Both the position numbers and the translations under genes were made by a program. A model generated the notes under the pieces. That model did no database searches, was not told the DNA's origin, and saw nothing but the letters and a program-made list of their open reading frames with translations. From positions 2,592,001 to 2,656,000 of the forward strand of contig CBDCWG010000012.1 in assembly GCA_965223345.1 (NCBI GenBank): a DNA stretch of 64,000 bases, given 5' to 3'. Shown here piece by piece: positions 38,531 through 48,119 of this stretch; the stretch's first letter is position 1, and each line of letters begins with the position of its first letter. The DNA comes from Nitrospinales bacterium. Lineage in GTDB: Bacteria > Nitrospinota > Nitrospinia > Nitrospinales > VA-1.

Positions 38531-39205
38531 ATGAAAACGATCCAAGAACGACATCTGCGACTGGTTTTTTTGCTCACTCTGGTCCCCTGGCTGATGGGCG
38601 GTTGCCAGAGTATGTATTACAACACCATGGAAAAATTCGGCACGCACAAGCGGGACATTCTGGTGGACCGCATCGAGGCCGCGCGCGATTCGCAGACCGA
38701 GGCCAAGGAGCAGTTCAAGGATGCGCTGGAACAGTTCACGGTGGTGATGAACGTCAAGGGCGGCGAGCTGGAGGAGAAATACAAGAAAATCAACGCGGCC
38801 TACGAGGACAGCGAAGAACGGGCGCAGGATGTGCGCGACCGCATCGACAAGGTGGAACACGTCGCCGGGGCGCTGTTCGACGAATGGGAGGACGAACTGG
38901 AGCAGTTCACCAACGCCAAGATGAAACGCAACAGCCAGTCGAAGCTGAACACCACGAAACGCCGGTACGGCAAGCTCATCAACGCCATGAAACGCGCGGA
39001 GACCAAGATCCAGCCGGTCCTGTCCTCGTTCAAGAACCAGGTGCTGACTTTAAAACACAACCTCAACGCGGCGGCCATCGCCTCCCTGCAGGACGAGCTG
39101 GTGGCGGTGGAGACGGACGTGAAAGCGCTGATCAAGGAAATGGAGCAGTCCATCGCCGAAGCCGACGCGTTCATCAACAGCATGGAAGCCGAAAACGTGG
39201 GGTGA
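38531..39205 (+). CDS. DUF2959 family lipoprotein
   Basis: GC+QSMYYNTMEKFG.HKRDILVDR, ALFDEWEDEL, LKHNLNA.AI.SL. Confidence 0.88.
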   Translation: MKTIQERHLRLVFLLTLVPWLMGGCQSMYYNTMEKFGTHKRDILVDRIEAARDSQTEAKEQFKDALEQFTVVMNVKGGELEEKYKKINAAYEDSEERAQDVRDRIDKVEHVAGALFDEWEDELEQFTNAKMKRNSQSKLNTTKRRYGKLINAMKRAETKIQPVLSSFKNQVLTLKHNLNAAAIASLQDELVAVETDVKALIKEMEQSIAEADAFINSMEAENVG

Positions 39206-39240
39206 GTGTCAGGGCTGGGTGATTGGTAATTTGGCCGGAT

Positions 39241-39552
39241 TCAAAGCCAAAGGTTGCCAAGAAAGACAGTCAAAGAGACGGTGACGGGCGGGATCAATTG
39301 ATAAAACCACTTGCCGGGGATATTTTTTTTAATGGCCCTCGCCGCGATCCACAAGGCAAGAGCCGTGGGTGTGCTGGTCCAAAAAACGACCACACTTTTC
39401 CCGGCGGCTTCATATTGAAACTCCGTATGGGGAATGATATTGTAGTCCAGGGCGATGAATCCTGCCCAGAAAAAAAACAGTCCGACGATTCCGGCAAGAC
39501 ACGCCAGGAACATCTCTACAGTGGTGAGTATAACTAACGGTCTGGCTTTCAT
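39241..39552 (-). CDS. Hypothetical small membrane protein (about 3 TM)
   Basis: Hydrophobic segments; follows the ankyrin gene on the same strand. Confidence 0.55.
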   Translation of the reverse strand: MKARPLVILTTVEMFLACLAGIVGLFFFWAGFIALDYNIIPHTEFQYEAAGKSVVVFWTSTPTALALWIAARAIKKNIPGKWFYQLIPPVTVSLTVFLGNLWL

Positions 39553-39576
39553 AGGCGATCGAGAGATAGAGTGTTG

Positions 39577-40596
39577 TCAGGAGTCGCTGCGCAATAATGC
39601 ATCGATCAGTGTGTCCTCATACCTGAAATGCGCCAGCCTCAAAGGCGTCAATCCTTTCGAACCCAGGACCGGATTGGCGCCGTGCTCAAGAAGCATTGCC
39701 ACCATATTCTGATCTTTTTTTGCGACCGCATAGTAAAGGGGCGTCAGCCTCAGACGGTCCCTGATATTGGGATCGGCCTTATACTGTAAAAGCAATTTGG
39801 CAATCTCAGGTTTTTTGTGAAAGACCGCGAGGTGCAATTGAGTTTTCTTTTTCTTGTTCAGCCTGTTGGGGTCGGCTCCGTGCTGCAGCAGCAATTCGGT
39901 GATCTCAACGTATCCGTTGAAGGCGGAATAATCCAGATTTGAGAATCCGTCGGGTTCCACGAAGTTGGGATCGGCCCCCTGACTCAAAAGATAGGCCACC
40001 ACAGGGATGTTATTGTTCTGGACTGCGCAGTAAATAGCCGGGCAGCCTTGGACGTCTGTCGTATGGATATCCGACCCGTGCTCCACCAGAATCCGGGCGA
40101 TCACGCTGTCCCCGTGCCACTTCTTAAACGCGCTGGAGATCAAGGGCGTCTGCCCCAGGCCGTTCCTCGAATCCACCTCGGCTCCGTGTTTCAGCAAGGA
40201 TTTCACCACCTCCGGATGATGGTAATCCGCGGCGATGTGCAGGGGGTAAAAACCGTAGATGGCGCGTGCGTTCGGATTGGCGCCGCGTTCCAGAAGCAGG
40301 TTCACAACAGCCGTCCGCCCCCTTTTTGCTGCGACGTATAATGGAGTGCGCTGGTAGTCGTTCCGGACTTCCATCCTCTCCCCCTGATCGAGGAGGCGGC
40401 GCACTTCTTCCAGTTCTCCCCTTGCCGCGGCGAAATGCAGCGGTGTCCAGCCTCCCCCGGAAGGGATATCGGCCATGCGCTCCTGGGGTGTTTTTGCTCT
40501 CTCAATGGCCATCCAAATAGTGGTGCGAAGGTCACTGAAGACGGATGCCAGTAGCAGGCAGAAAAACACCAGCGGATTCATCAGAATGGTGGACAC
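39577..40596 (-). CDS. Ankyrin repeat protein with N-terminal hydrophobic segment
   Basis: About 8-9 G.TPLH.A...G..EVV..LL..GA.PN repeats. Confidence 0.92.
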   Translation of the reverse strand: MSTILMNPLVFFCLLLASVFSDLRTTIWMAIERAKTPQERMADIPSGGGWTPLHFAAARGELEEVRRLLDQGERMEVRNDYQRTPLYVAAKRGRTAVVNLLLERGANPNARAIYGFYPLHIAADYHHPEVVKSLLKHGAEVDSRNGLGQTPLISSAFKKWHGDSVIARILVEHGSDIHTTDVQGCPAIYCAVQNNNIPVVAYLLSQGADPNFVEPDGFSNLDYSAFNGYVEITELLLQHGADPNRLNKKKKTQLHLAVFHKKPEIAKLLLQYKADPNIRDRLRLTPLYYAVAKKDQNMVAMLLEHGANPVLGSKGLTPLRLAHFRYEDTLIDALLRSDS

Positions 40597-40635
40597 GCGG
40601 ACTCCTCAGAGGGTTGTAATGGCCTGTAAAAATAG

Positions 40636-40709
40636 AGCAAAGCGCATGCCAAACTCCTGCCCTTGAAAAACCGCCAGTTGTGGATAGTTATATGTAAATC
40701 AATGGGTTA
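40636..40709 (-). promoter_or_regulatory. Sigma54 promoter (40636-40651) with IHF site (40697-40709)
   Basis: Minus strand TGGCAT-GCGCT-TTGCT; AATCAATGGGTTA matches IHF consensus WATCAANNNNTTR about 45 bp upstream. Confidence 0.7.
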
Positions 40710-40794
40710 CCGATGCATTAATTCAGACAGCTGTGCATGATTTATGACAGAATCGACTTATACTGGGAGTGATACTCATTCACAAAGGAAAGCC

Positions 40795-41565
40795 ATGAAG
40801 GTTTTTATACGTTCGGTTGGAGTTGCCGGATTTCTGCTGTTTGGCGCCCTACTCTTCTTGACTTACAACATTCCCAATGGTGTCGAGAAAGCCGGACAAG
40901 GATTCATTCGCTATCAAGTGGAAAAGGAAGTCGAAAAGAAGCTGGGTTCTCTTGCATCCGGTGGCTTTGCGGAAAAAGCTCGTTTTCTGGCCGGGAAGTA
41001 TCAACAAGACATCGACTCCACTCTGCAAAATTTGCAACAGGGACTTCCTGAGAAAATTGCCACTGTTATTGCCAAGCTTTGCGGGTGGGACTGCGAGAAA
41101 AAGAAGCAGTTTTCGCAATCGATTGAGGAAGGTTTTCGCGATAAAATCAAAAGTCTCACTGGCGCCAAAGACGTTCTGACCGGGCTGATTCGCGGCAAAT
41201 ACCTGGAAGTCGTGACAAACCTGACCCGGGATGTCCGGATTTTTCTTGCCAGCAATGCTTTCCTGTTTGGTTTTGTGGCGCTGGTGTCGTATATGAAGCC
41301 CCAGAGTTTTCGTCACTTGATTCTAACCTTAACTTTGCTTCTTTTGGCTGCTTTTATCTGTTCGGTGCTCTATTTGTTCGGTCAGAACTGGTTTTTTACC
41401 TTGATCTACAATGATTACATGGGGTGGGCCTACCTGGTATACGTTTGCCTGATCTTTGGCTTTTTCCTGGACATCCTTTTAAACCGGGCACGAGCGACCA
41501 CCCGGATCCTGAACGGTATTGTGGATATTGTCGGGAACACCACCATGAGTTTCACTCCTTGCTGA
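40795..41565 (+). CDS. Hypothetical membrane protein
   Basis: RBS AAGGA before ATG 40795; TM, soluble helical region with C..W.C, then 3 TM. Confidence 0.7.
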   Translation: MKVFIRSVGVAGFLLFGALLFLTYNIPNGVEKAGQGFIRYQVEKEVEKKLGSLASGGFAEKARFLAGKYQQDIDSTLQNLQQGLPEKIATVIAKLCGWDCEKKKQFSQSIEEGFRDKIKSLTGAKDVLTGLIRGKYLEVVTNLTRDVRIFLASNAFLFGFVALVSYMKPQSFRHLILTLTLLLLAAFICSVLYLFGQNWFFTLIYNDYMGWAYLVYVCLIFGFFLDILLNRARATTRILNGIVDIVGNTTMSFTPC

Positions 41566-41605
41566 TCGCATTAAATCTTTGTCAAAAAACAATGGAAATC
41601 CTGCA

Positions 41606-42133
41606 ATGAAAAAAAATATGGTTATGGCCTTCCTGGCATGGGTGCTCTTGCTCATGTGCGCGTCTTTTTCGCTGGCGGAGGGCAATGCCTCTGAGGACGA
41701 TGTCGTGTATCGCGATCCGTTCACGCTGAAGTTGCGGATGGATGACGAACACTACTACCGGCAGAAGCTGGACAAGATCCCCTATGTTTACCGCAACGAT
41801 GTGTATCTCTTTTCCGGTGAAGCGTTCGGCATCGATCTGGCAATCGCCGATGGGCGTGTGCAGCGGGTGAACTACCGCAAAAAGCCGGAAGGCGCGGACA
41901 TCGAATTGCGGTTTGGGCAGCGGATGGTGAAGGGGAAAAAGTGGATCATGCTGCTGATGATCAAAAGCAACCTGACCGAACCGGTTTACCTGGATGGGTT
42001 CATGACCTTGCCCGGCAAACAGGGAATTTATGAGACCCCGATCCTTCCCCTGCAACCCGGGGTGAAAGGTTATGAATCCTGGCCTCATCCCATCGCTCAA
42101 CTGGTGTTGCGGAATTTCAGGTTCAAGAAGTGA
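41606..42133 (+). CDS. Hypothetical exported protein
   Basis: Signal peptide MKKNMVMAFLAW..SLA; ESWPHPI.QLVL C-terminus. Confidence 0.7.
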   Translation: MKKNMVMAFLAWVLLLMCASFSLAEGNASEDDVVYRDPFTLKLRMDDEHYYRQKLDKIPYVYRNDVYLFSGEAFGIDLAIADGRVQRVNYRKKPEGADIELRFGQRMVKGKKWIMLLMIKSNLTEPVYLDGFMTLPGKQGIYETPILPLQPGVKGYESWPHPIAQLVLRNFRFKK

Positions 42134-42151
42134 ACGATTTTCTTTCTGCGA

Positions 42152-42277
42152 TCATGCAGGGTGTTTTTTCCGGTGCATTCGAAAAAACGCCTGCACATGC
42201 AGACTGAGTTTGAGCCTCCAGATGTCCAGATAGAGCAGCCACGCCTGCGTTTTTTGTGAGTGGAATATTCTTGCCAT
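42152..42277 (-). CDS. Possible 41-aa basic/hydrophobic microprotein
   Basis: RBS AAGGGA then MARIFHSQKTQAWLLYLDIWRLKLSLHVQAFFRMHRKKHPA. Confidence 0.35.
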   Translation of the reverse strand: MARIFHSQKTQAWLLYLDIWRLKLSLHVQAFFRMHRKKHPA

Positions 42278-42299
42278 TTTGGGTCCCTTATCTTTCGGG

Positions 42300-42476
42300 T
42301 TAAAAGGAAACTTTTTTCCAGAAATCCTGCAGGTCCTGCACACCGAGTTTGTTTTTGTAATCCTCTTTTTCCTTTTCCAGCTTTTCGATGAGTTTCCCCT
42401 GCAGCTCGATGAGCTGCTCCTTCGCTCTCAACTCCTCCTTCAGTTTCCAGATGATGGCTGCGAGTCCCGTATTCAT
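42300..42476 (-). CDS. 58-aa coiled-coil small protein (not in ORF track)
   Basis: RBS AAGGGGA; MNTGLAAIIWKLKEELRAKEQLIELQGKLIEKLEKEKEDYKNKLGVQDLQDFWKKVSF. Confidence 0.6.
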   Translation of the reverse strand: MNTGLAAIIWKLKEELRAKEQLIELQGKLIEKLEKEKEDYKNKLGVQDLQDFWKKVSF

Positions 42477-42732
42477 GATGGTTCCCCTTTATGAATGTAG
42501 TTTGTTTTGTTCGCGCCCAGCATAGAACCCCTTTGTTAGCATCGCGATAGACTTTGGCATGGAGATGGTTTTTTTCGGAGCGGCACATCGTGCAGCCTGC
42601 GCTCCCGCACCGGGGGACGCGTTTATTTCTTTGTTGCTAAAGCGGTTTTCCGGTTGAGATAATGATTTGACCGCGTTTTCCCGGCGGGCCGGGCCGGGGA
42701 CGCAAGCGCCAATCCCAACTCACAGGTGTCGT

Positions 42733-43416
42733 TTGATCGACGTTTTCAACCTTTCCAAAATCTATCGGCTGGGCAATCAGGATGTCCCTGCCCTTTTGAA
42801 CGCCACGTTCAGCTTTGCGCCGGGGGAGTTCGTCGCCATCATGGGGCCTTCGGGCAGCGGCAAATCGACGCTCATGAACCTGATGGGCTGTCTGGACCGG
42901 CCCACGTCGGGGACGTACCGGCTGGAGGATTACGACATCCAGTCGCTCAGCTCCAACGAGCTGGCGGAGGTGCGCAACCGCAGGATCGGCTTCGTGTTTC
43001 AAAGCTTCAACCTGCTGCCGCGCGCTTCGGCGCTGGAGAACATCGAGCTGCCGCTGTTGTACGGCCGGGTGCCGCATTCCCGGGAACAGGCGCTGGCAGC
43101 GCTCGACCGGGTGGGGCTTGCGGAGCGGGCGAATCACAAACCGGCGGAGCTTTCCGGCGGCGAGCGGCAACGCGTCGCCATCGCGCGGGCCATCGTCAAC
43201 AACCCCGCTATCGTGCTGGCGGACGAGCCGACAGGCAACCTGGATTCCAAGACGGGTGAGGAAATCATGGAGATCTTCACGCGCCTGAACGCGGAAGGCG
43301 TGCTGATCGTGCTGGTGACGCACGAGATGGACATCGCCCGCTATGCCCGCCGCATCCTCAACATGAAAGACGGCGAGATCGTTGCTGATTCGCTGCGCGA
43401 GGAGGTCGCGCTGTAA
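42733..43416 (+). CDS. ABC transporter ATP-binding protein (MacB/LolD type)
   Basis: [48 protein letters not shown]. Confidence 0.95.
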   Translation: MIDVFNLSKIYRLGNQDVPALLNATFSFAPGEFVAIMGPSGSGKSTLMNLMGCLDRPTSGTYRLEDYDIQSLSSNELAEVRNRRIGFVFQSFNLLPRASALENIELPLLYGRVPHSREQALAALDRVGLAERANHKPAELSGGERQRVAIARAIVNNPAIVLADEPTGNLDSKTGEEIMEIFTRLNAEGVLIVLVTHEMDIARYARRILNMKDGEIVADSLREEVAL

Positions 43417-44624
43417 TGCTGATCTGGGACCTAATCCGCATGGCGTTGCGTTCACTGGTGGCCAACAAGCTGCGCACGTTTCTCACGACGCTCGGCATCA
43501 TCATCGGCGTGGCTTCGGTGATCTCGATGATCTCGATCGGCGAAGGCGCGCGCCAGCAGACGCTGAGCACGATTTCCAAGTTCGGCACCAACCTGATCTC
43601 CATCCGGCCGGGCCGCAAAAAGACCCGGCACGTGTCCTCCGACCGGGTGGTGACGCTGACCTACAACGACGCCCGGGCGATCGAGGAGAGCGTGCCGCTC
43701 ATCACCGGCGTCGCGCCGCAGGTGTACCGGGCGGCGCAGCTCAAGTTCGGCAACAAGAACACCAACACGACGGTGCGCGGCACCGGCAAGAGCTACGGCC
43801 GGCTGGCGAATTTCACCATCGACCGCGGCCGCTATTTCAATCAGGACGAAGTGCAGACCTCGCGGCAGGTGGCGGTGCTCGGCGCGACGGTGGTGAAAAA
43901 CCTGTTCGAGGGTGTAAACCCGATCGGACAGTCGCTCAAGGTGGACGGCAAGAACTACCTCGTCATCGGCAAGATGGAAGCGAAGGGGGCGCTGAGCTGG
44001 TTCGACCCGGACGACCAGATCTTCATCCCGGTCACCACGGCGCAAAAGCGCCTGTTCGGCATGGACCACGTGCAATCGATCGACGTGCAGGCGGCCAAGA
44101 TCGAGGATCTGGAGATCATCAAACAGGAGATCGAGCTGCTGCTCAGGCTCAGGCACAACATCCGCGAGGGCGAGGAAAGCGATTTCCACGTGCAGAATTC
44201 CTCCGAATGGCTGAACAGCTGGGGCGATGCGGCGAAGACGTTCACCTATCTGCTGGGCGGCATCGCCTTCATCTCGCTGATGGTGGGCGGCATCGGCATC
44301 ATGAACATCATGCTGGTGTCGGTCACGGAACGCACGCGGGAGATCGGCATCCGCATCGCCATCGGCGCCAAGAAACGGGAGATCCTCGAGCAGTTTCTCA
44401 TCGAATCGGTGGTCATGAGTTTTCTCGGCGGCGGCATCGGTATCCTGCTCGGCACGTTCATCTCCAAGGCCGTGTCTTCGCTGGGCGGCTGGGACACCAT
44501 CATCTCGATGCAGTCGATCCTGCTGGCGTTCGGGTTTTCGGTGGCCGTGGGCGTCTTCTTCGGTTTCTACCCCGCCAGAAAAGCGGCGAACCTCAACCCC
44601 ATCGACGCCCTGAGATACGAGTGA
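43416..44624 (+). CDS. ABC transporter permease (MacB/FtsX type)
   Basis: NKLRTFLT.LGIIIGVASV, VGGIGIMNIMLVSVTERTREIGIR.AIGA, PA.KAA.LNPIDALRYE. Confidence 0.95.
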   Translation: MLIWDLIRMALRSLVANKLRTFLTTLGIIIGVASVISMISIGEGARQQTLSTISKFGTNLISIRPGRKKTRHVSSDRVVTLTYNDARAIEESVPLITGVAPQVYRAAQLKFGNKNTNTTVRGTGKSYGRLANFTIDRGRYFNQDEVQTSRQVAVLGATVVKNLFEGVNPIGQSLKVDGKNYLVIGKMEAKGALSWFDPDDQIFIPVTTAQKRLFGMDHVQSIDVQAAKIEDLEIIKQEIELLLRLRHNIREGEESDFHVQNSSEWLNSWGDAAKTFTYLLGGIAFISLMVGGIGIMNIMLVSVTERTREIGIRIAIGAKKREILEQFLIESVVMSFLGGGIGILLGTFISKAVSSLGGWDTIISMQSILLAFGFSVAVGVFFGFYPARKAANLNPIDALRYE

Positions 44625-44691
44625 CCCGCGCTTGCTTCTGCGTATCGCCTGAATTATCTTTAATGAAACCCATCAACCAACCGAGCGGATC

Positions 44692-46191
44692 ATGATCATT
44701 CAACCCGACCGCGATCGCTACGCCGATCTGTGCCGGAAATCCAGACGCGTTCCCGTCTGCGGGGTCCTTCCCCTGGAGAGCTTCGATCCGGTGCGTGTGC
44801 ACCGGGCGCTGTTCGGCGATTCGGCGGATTCGTTCATCTTCGACAGCGGCAAGGGACCCGACGCCACCGCGCGCTACACGTTTCTGGGGATCTCCAATTC
44901 GCGCGGCCTGCGCATCCAGAACGGCACGACGACGCTGATCCAGCCGGACGGCAGCGAGCGCGTGGCTGGCGGCCGCGAGGCCGGATGGAATTTGCTCGAC
45001 TTCAACGCCTCGGTGCAGGCGGTGGATTACCTGCCGCATTTCTGGGGCGGCTGGGTCGGCTACTTCGGCTACGAGGTGGCGGACTGGTTCGAATCTTTAC
45101 CGCCGCGCAAGCTCGACGACCTGGATCTGCCGGATGTGCGTTTCATGCAGGTGGACTGCCTCTGGGTGTACGACCACAGCGAACGCGTGCTCAAGATGGT
45201 GGTGTCCGACGTCAACGACGGCACCGGCGGCGATTACGATATGCGGGTGCGCGAAGTCCGGGGCATGGAGAAGCGGGTGCAGGGCGTGCTCGCCCGCCGC
45301 AACGGCCACCCCAGCGCGCCGGCTCCGGTGCAGGATGCGGGGGAACGCAGGACCGGCAACGGGTTGCGCGCCAACATGACGCGGCAGGAATACATGGATC
45401 GGGTGGAAAACGCCAAATCCTACATCCGCGAGGGCGACATCTATCAGGCGAACATCGCGCAGCGCTTCGAATTCCCCACGTCCGACCGGGCGCTGGATCT
45501 GTTCGCCCGGCTGAGACGGGTCAACCCGTCGCCGTTTTCCGGCTATCTCAAGTTCAAGGACTGGGCCATCGTCAGTTCCTCGCCCGAACGCCTCGTCAAG
45601 GTGGACGGCGCGCGCATCGAGACGCGGCCCATCGCGGGCACGCGGCCGCGCGGCGGCGATGCGGAAAACGACGTGCGGCTTTCTCAGGAACTTTTGCTCA
45701 ACGAGAAGGAACGCGCCGAACACCTGATGCTGGTCGATCTGGAGCGCAACGACCTGGGGCGGCTGTGCCGCGAGGGCGGCGTACGCGTCACGGACCTGAT
45801 GTTCCTGGAGCAATATTCGCACGTGCACCACATCGTTTCCAATATCGAGGGCGACCTGAAACCGGGTGTCAGCGTGCGCGACATCCTGCGCGCCGTGTTT
45901 CCGGGCGGCACGATCACCGGTTGTCCCAAGGTGCGCTGCATGGAGATCATCCACGAACTGGAACCGAACGTGCGCGGGCCCTACTCCGGATCGTTTGGCT
46001 ACATCGGCTTCGCGCCGCATCTGGACCTCAACATCCTGATCCGCACCATTTTGCTGAAGCGGGGCCGGGCGTATTTTCACGCCGGGGCGGGCATCGTGGC
46101 GGATTCGAAACCGGAAAAGGAATACCAGGAGACGCTGGACAAAGCCGCGGCGATGATCGAAGTGCTGTCCGCGGGCCGGGGGGACGCGTGA
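44692..46191 (+). CDS. pabB: Chorismate-binding enzyme (aminodeoxychorismate synthase component I / TrpE-like)
   Basis: GGWVGYFGYE, GDIYQAN, SSSPER, TRPIAGTRPR, KERAEH.MLVDLERND, FPGGTITGCPK; followed by class IV aminotransferase. Confidence 0.8.
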   Translation: MIIQPDRDRYADLCRKSRRVPVCGVLPLESFDPVRVHRALFGDSADSFIFDSGKGPDATARYTFLGISNSRGLRIQNGTTTLIQPDGSERVAGGREAGWNLLDFNASVQAVDYLPHFWGGWVGYFGYEVADWFESLPPRKLDDLDLPDVRFMQVDCLWVYDHSERVLKMVVSDVNDGTGGDYDMRVREVRGMEKRVQGVLARRNGHPSAPAPVQDAGERRTGNGLRANMTRQEYMDRVENAKSYIREGDIYQANIAQRFEFPTSDRALDLFARLRRVNPSPFSGYLKFKDWAIVSSSPERLVKVDGARIETRPIAGTRPRGGDAENDVRLSQELLLNEKERAEHLMLVDLERNDLGRLCREGGVRVTDLMFLEQYSHVHHIVSNIEGDLKPGVSVRDILRAVFPGGTITGCPKVRCMEIIHELEPNVRGPYSGSFGYIGFAPHLDLNILIRTILLKRGRAYFHAGAGIVADSKPEKEYQETLDKAAAMIEVLSAGRGDA

Positions 46192-47081
46192 CAGCGGGAA
46201 ACGGCATCGTGTTTGTGAACGGCCTGTACCGGCCGCAGGAACGGGCCCGGGTTTCAGTGCTGGACCGGGGATTTCTGTACGGCGACGGCCTGTTCGAGAC
46301 GATGCGCGCCTACGGCGGCAACGTGTTCGGTCTCGACGCCCACCTCGCGCGGCTGCGCCGCTCGCTGGAGCTGATCTTTCTCGATCTGCCCATGACGGAC
46401 GGCGAGCTGAAGACCGCCCTGAATGCCACTCTTATGAAAAACGGCTGCCTGGATGCGATCGTGCGCCTCATGGTGAGCCGGGGGGAGCAGGCCGCTGCGG
46501 GGCCAGTGATCGACGACACGGCGGCGCCGACGGTGGTTGCGCTCACGCGTTCCACGATCCCGCTGCCGCAATCGGCTTATGAAGAGGGCGTGCGCATCGC
46601 TCTTTTTCCCCGAAGCGCGGTGCGCACCAGCGGACTGGCTCAGCAGGTGAAATCCTGCAATTACCTGTCGCACATCGTCGTGCGCGAGCTGGCCGGACGC
46701 ACGCAGGCGGAGGAAGGGATCTTCATGGACTGCGGCGGCCGCATCACCGAAGGGACCATGAGCAATCTGTTTCTGGTGAAGGAAGGGCGGCTGAAAACCC
46801 CCGAGCTGAATCCGTTCATCCTTCCCGGCATCACGCGCCAGATCGTGCTGGAGCTGGCGGCGGAAAGCGGCATCCCCTGCGATGAAGCGGGGCTGCTGGC
46901 GGAGGATGTGTACAAGGCGGACGAGGTGTTTCTCACCAATTCGGCGATCGAAATCCTGCCGGTGCGCGCGGCGGACGGCCGCCCGATCGGCGAGGGCGCG
47001 CCGGGGCCGGTGACGCGTTCCCTGTGCGGAACATTCCGGGACCGGGTTGAAAAACAAGCGCGCTGCGCGGATACGGGCTGA
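46188..47081 (+). CDS. Aminotransferase class IV (4-amino-4-deoxychorismate lyase-like)
   Basis: DRGFLYGDGLFET.R, H..RL..S, KSCNY, EGT.SN, LPGITR, ADEVFLTNS; GTG start overlaps upstream stop. Confidence 0.88.
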   Translation: MTAGNGIVFVNGLYRPQERARVSVLDRGFLYGDGLFETMRAYGGNVFGLDAHLARLRRSLELIFLDLPMTDGELKTALNATLMKNGCLDAIVRLMVSRGEQAAAGPVIDDTAAPTVVALTRSTIPLPQSAYEEGVRIALFPRSAVRTSGLAQQVKSCNYLSHIVVRELAGRTQAEEGIFMDCGGRITEGTMSNLFLVKEGRLKTPELNPFILPGITRQIVLELAAESGIPCDEAGLLAEDVYKADEVFLTNSAIEILPVRAADGRPIGEGAPGPVTRSLCGTFRDRVEKQARCADTG

Positions 47082-47192
47082 ACTTCAGGTACGGCGGGCT
47101 TAAAAACATTGCCGTGAATATGCAAAAATGATAGTCTTTTCAACCGGTTCAGCAGTACAACGTGGCTTTTTACCTCATCTTCCTGCAAGCAA

Positions 47193-47618
47193 ATGACTTC
47201 CAACGAGCGATTTCACGACAATCCCAGCGGGGTGATCACCGACTCCGCGAATGCGAAAGACTGGCTGCCCAAGGACTCGTATCAGGATCTGGGGAAATGG
47301 TCGAACTGGCTCGAAGCGCAGAGCTACATCCTGCTCATGAAGCAGGTCTACGCCGGAGGGTTCAGCGACTGGAGGATGCCGACGAAAGAAGAGGCTTTGA
47401 GCCTGTTCGACGAGGACCACACTTCGCTGGACTGGGAATCCAACGACGTTCACATCGCCACCGTGTTCGTTCCCAAATGCTCCTATTACCTCTGGACCAG
47501 TGATGTGAACGAGAACGATCAGGCGCTGCGGGTCGATCTCAGGGACGGGTCCAGCGAGTACGTCGATAAAAGCCTGCGCGACCAGCACGCCACGCGGCTG
47601 ATCCGCGACAAATCCTGA
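47193..47618 (+). CDS. DUF1566 (Lcl domain) protein
   Basis: RF.DN..GVITD, YAGGFSDWRMPT.EEA, YLWTS, RLIR; paralog of 8468-8890. Confidence 0.8.
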   Translation: MTSNERFHDNPSGVITDSANAKDWLPKDSYQDLGKWSNWLEAQSYILLMKQVYAGGFSDWRMPTKEEALSLFDEDHTSLDWESNDVHIATVFVPKCSYYLWTSDVNENDQALRVDLRDGSSEYVDKSLRDQHATRLIRDKS

Positions 47619-47627
47619 CGGGTTTCT

Positions 47628-48029
47628 CTACGATCCGGTGTCTTCCGGGAAGGCCAGCTTCCAGAAGGAGGCCGAATCCAGTGTGTCCAGGGAGCGGCCG
47701 CGGTACTCCTCCTTTTCCAGAACGACTTCCTCCACGCCCGCATCCCGGCCGGTGACCACATGCACATCCGCGTGTTTTGTATTTTCGAAACCGCCGAACA
47801 GGGTGGCTTTTTGCGTGGGCGGCAGAGACAGGGGCAGCCGCCGGGCGGTTCGCCTCTCGTTTGCCGGATCGTTGCAATCGACGCACAGCCTGTCCCCGGC
47901 CACCCAGCAATGGATGCGTTCGTCCTCGGTTTTTCCCGGAACGAACACCTTGTCGCCGACGCGCAGCGCGTATTCGGGGCTGAATTTGCCGGGAAACCAG
48001 ACTTTTCCTGTGTCGTCGATTTGCGCCAT
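47628..48029 (-). CDS. Hypothetical protein
   Basis: RBS AAGGA, typical codon usage, 133 aa; no family recognised. Confidence 0.65.
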   Translation of the reverse strand: MAQIDDTGKVWFPGKFSPEYALRVGDKVFVPGKTEDERIHCWVAGDRLCVDCNDPANERRTARRLPLSLPPTQKATLFGGFENTKHADVHVVTGRDAGVEEVVLEKEEYRGRSLDTLDSASFWKLAFPEDTGS

Positions 48030-48119
48030 ACGGCTTGGAGTCCTTATTTAACCGGGGAATCCCCCCATGACAGACGGCAAGAGACGATAGCAGATTGTCC
48101 CTGTGGCCTCAAGTGAACG

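Noticed and set aside
44730..46187. 783-aa ORF overlapping pabB in another frame
   Set aside because: The upstream part is Arg/Gly/Ala-rich off-frame sequence; the real gene starts at GTG 46188, overlapping the pabB stop
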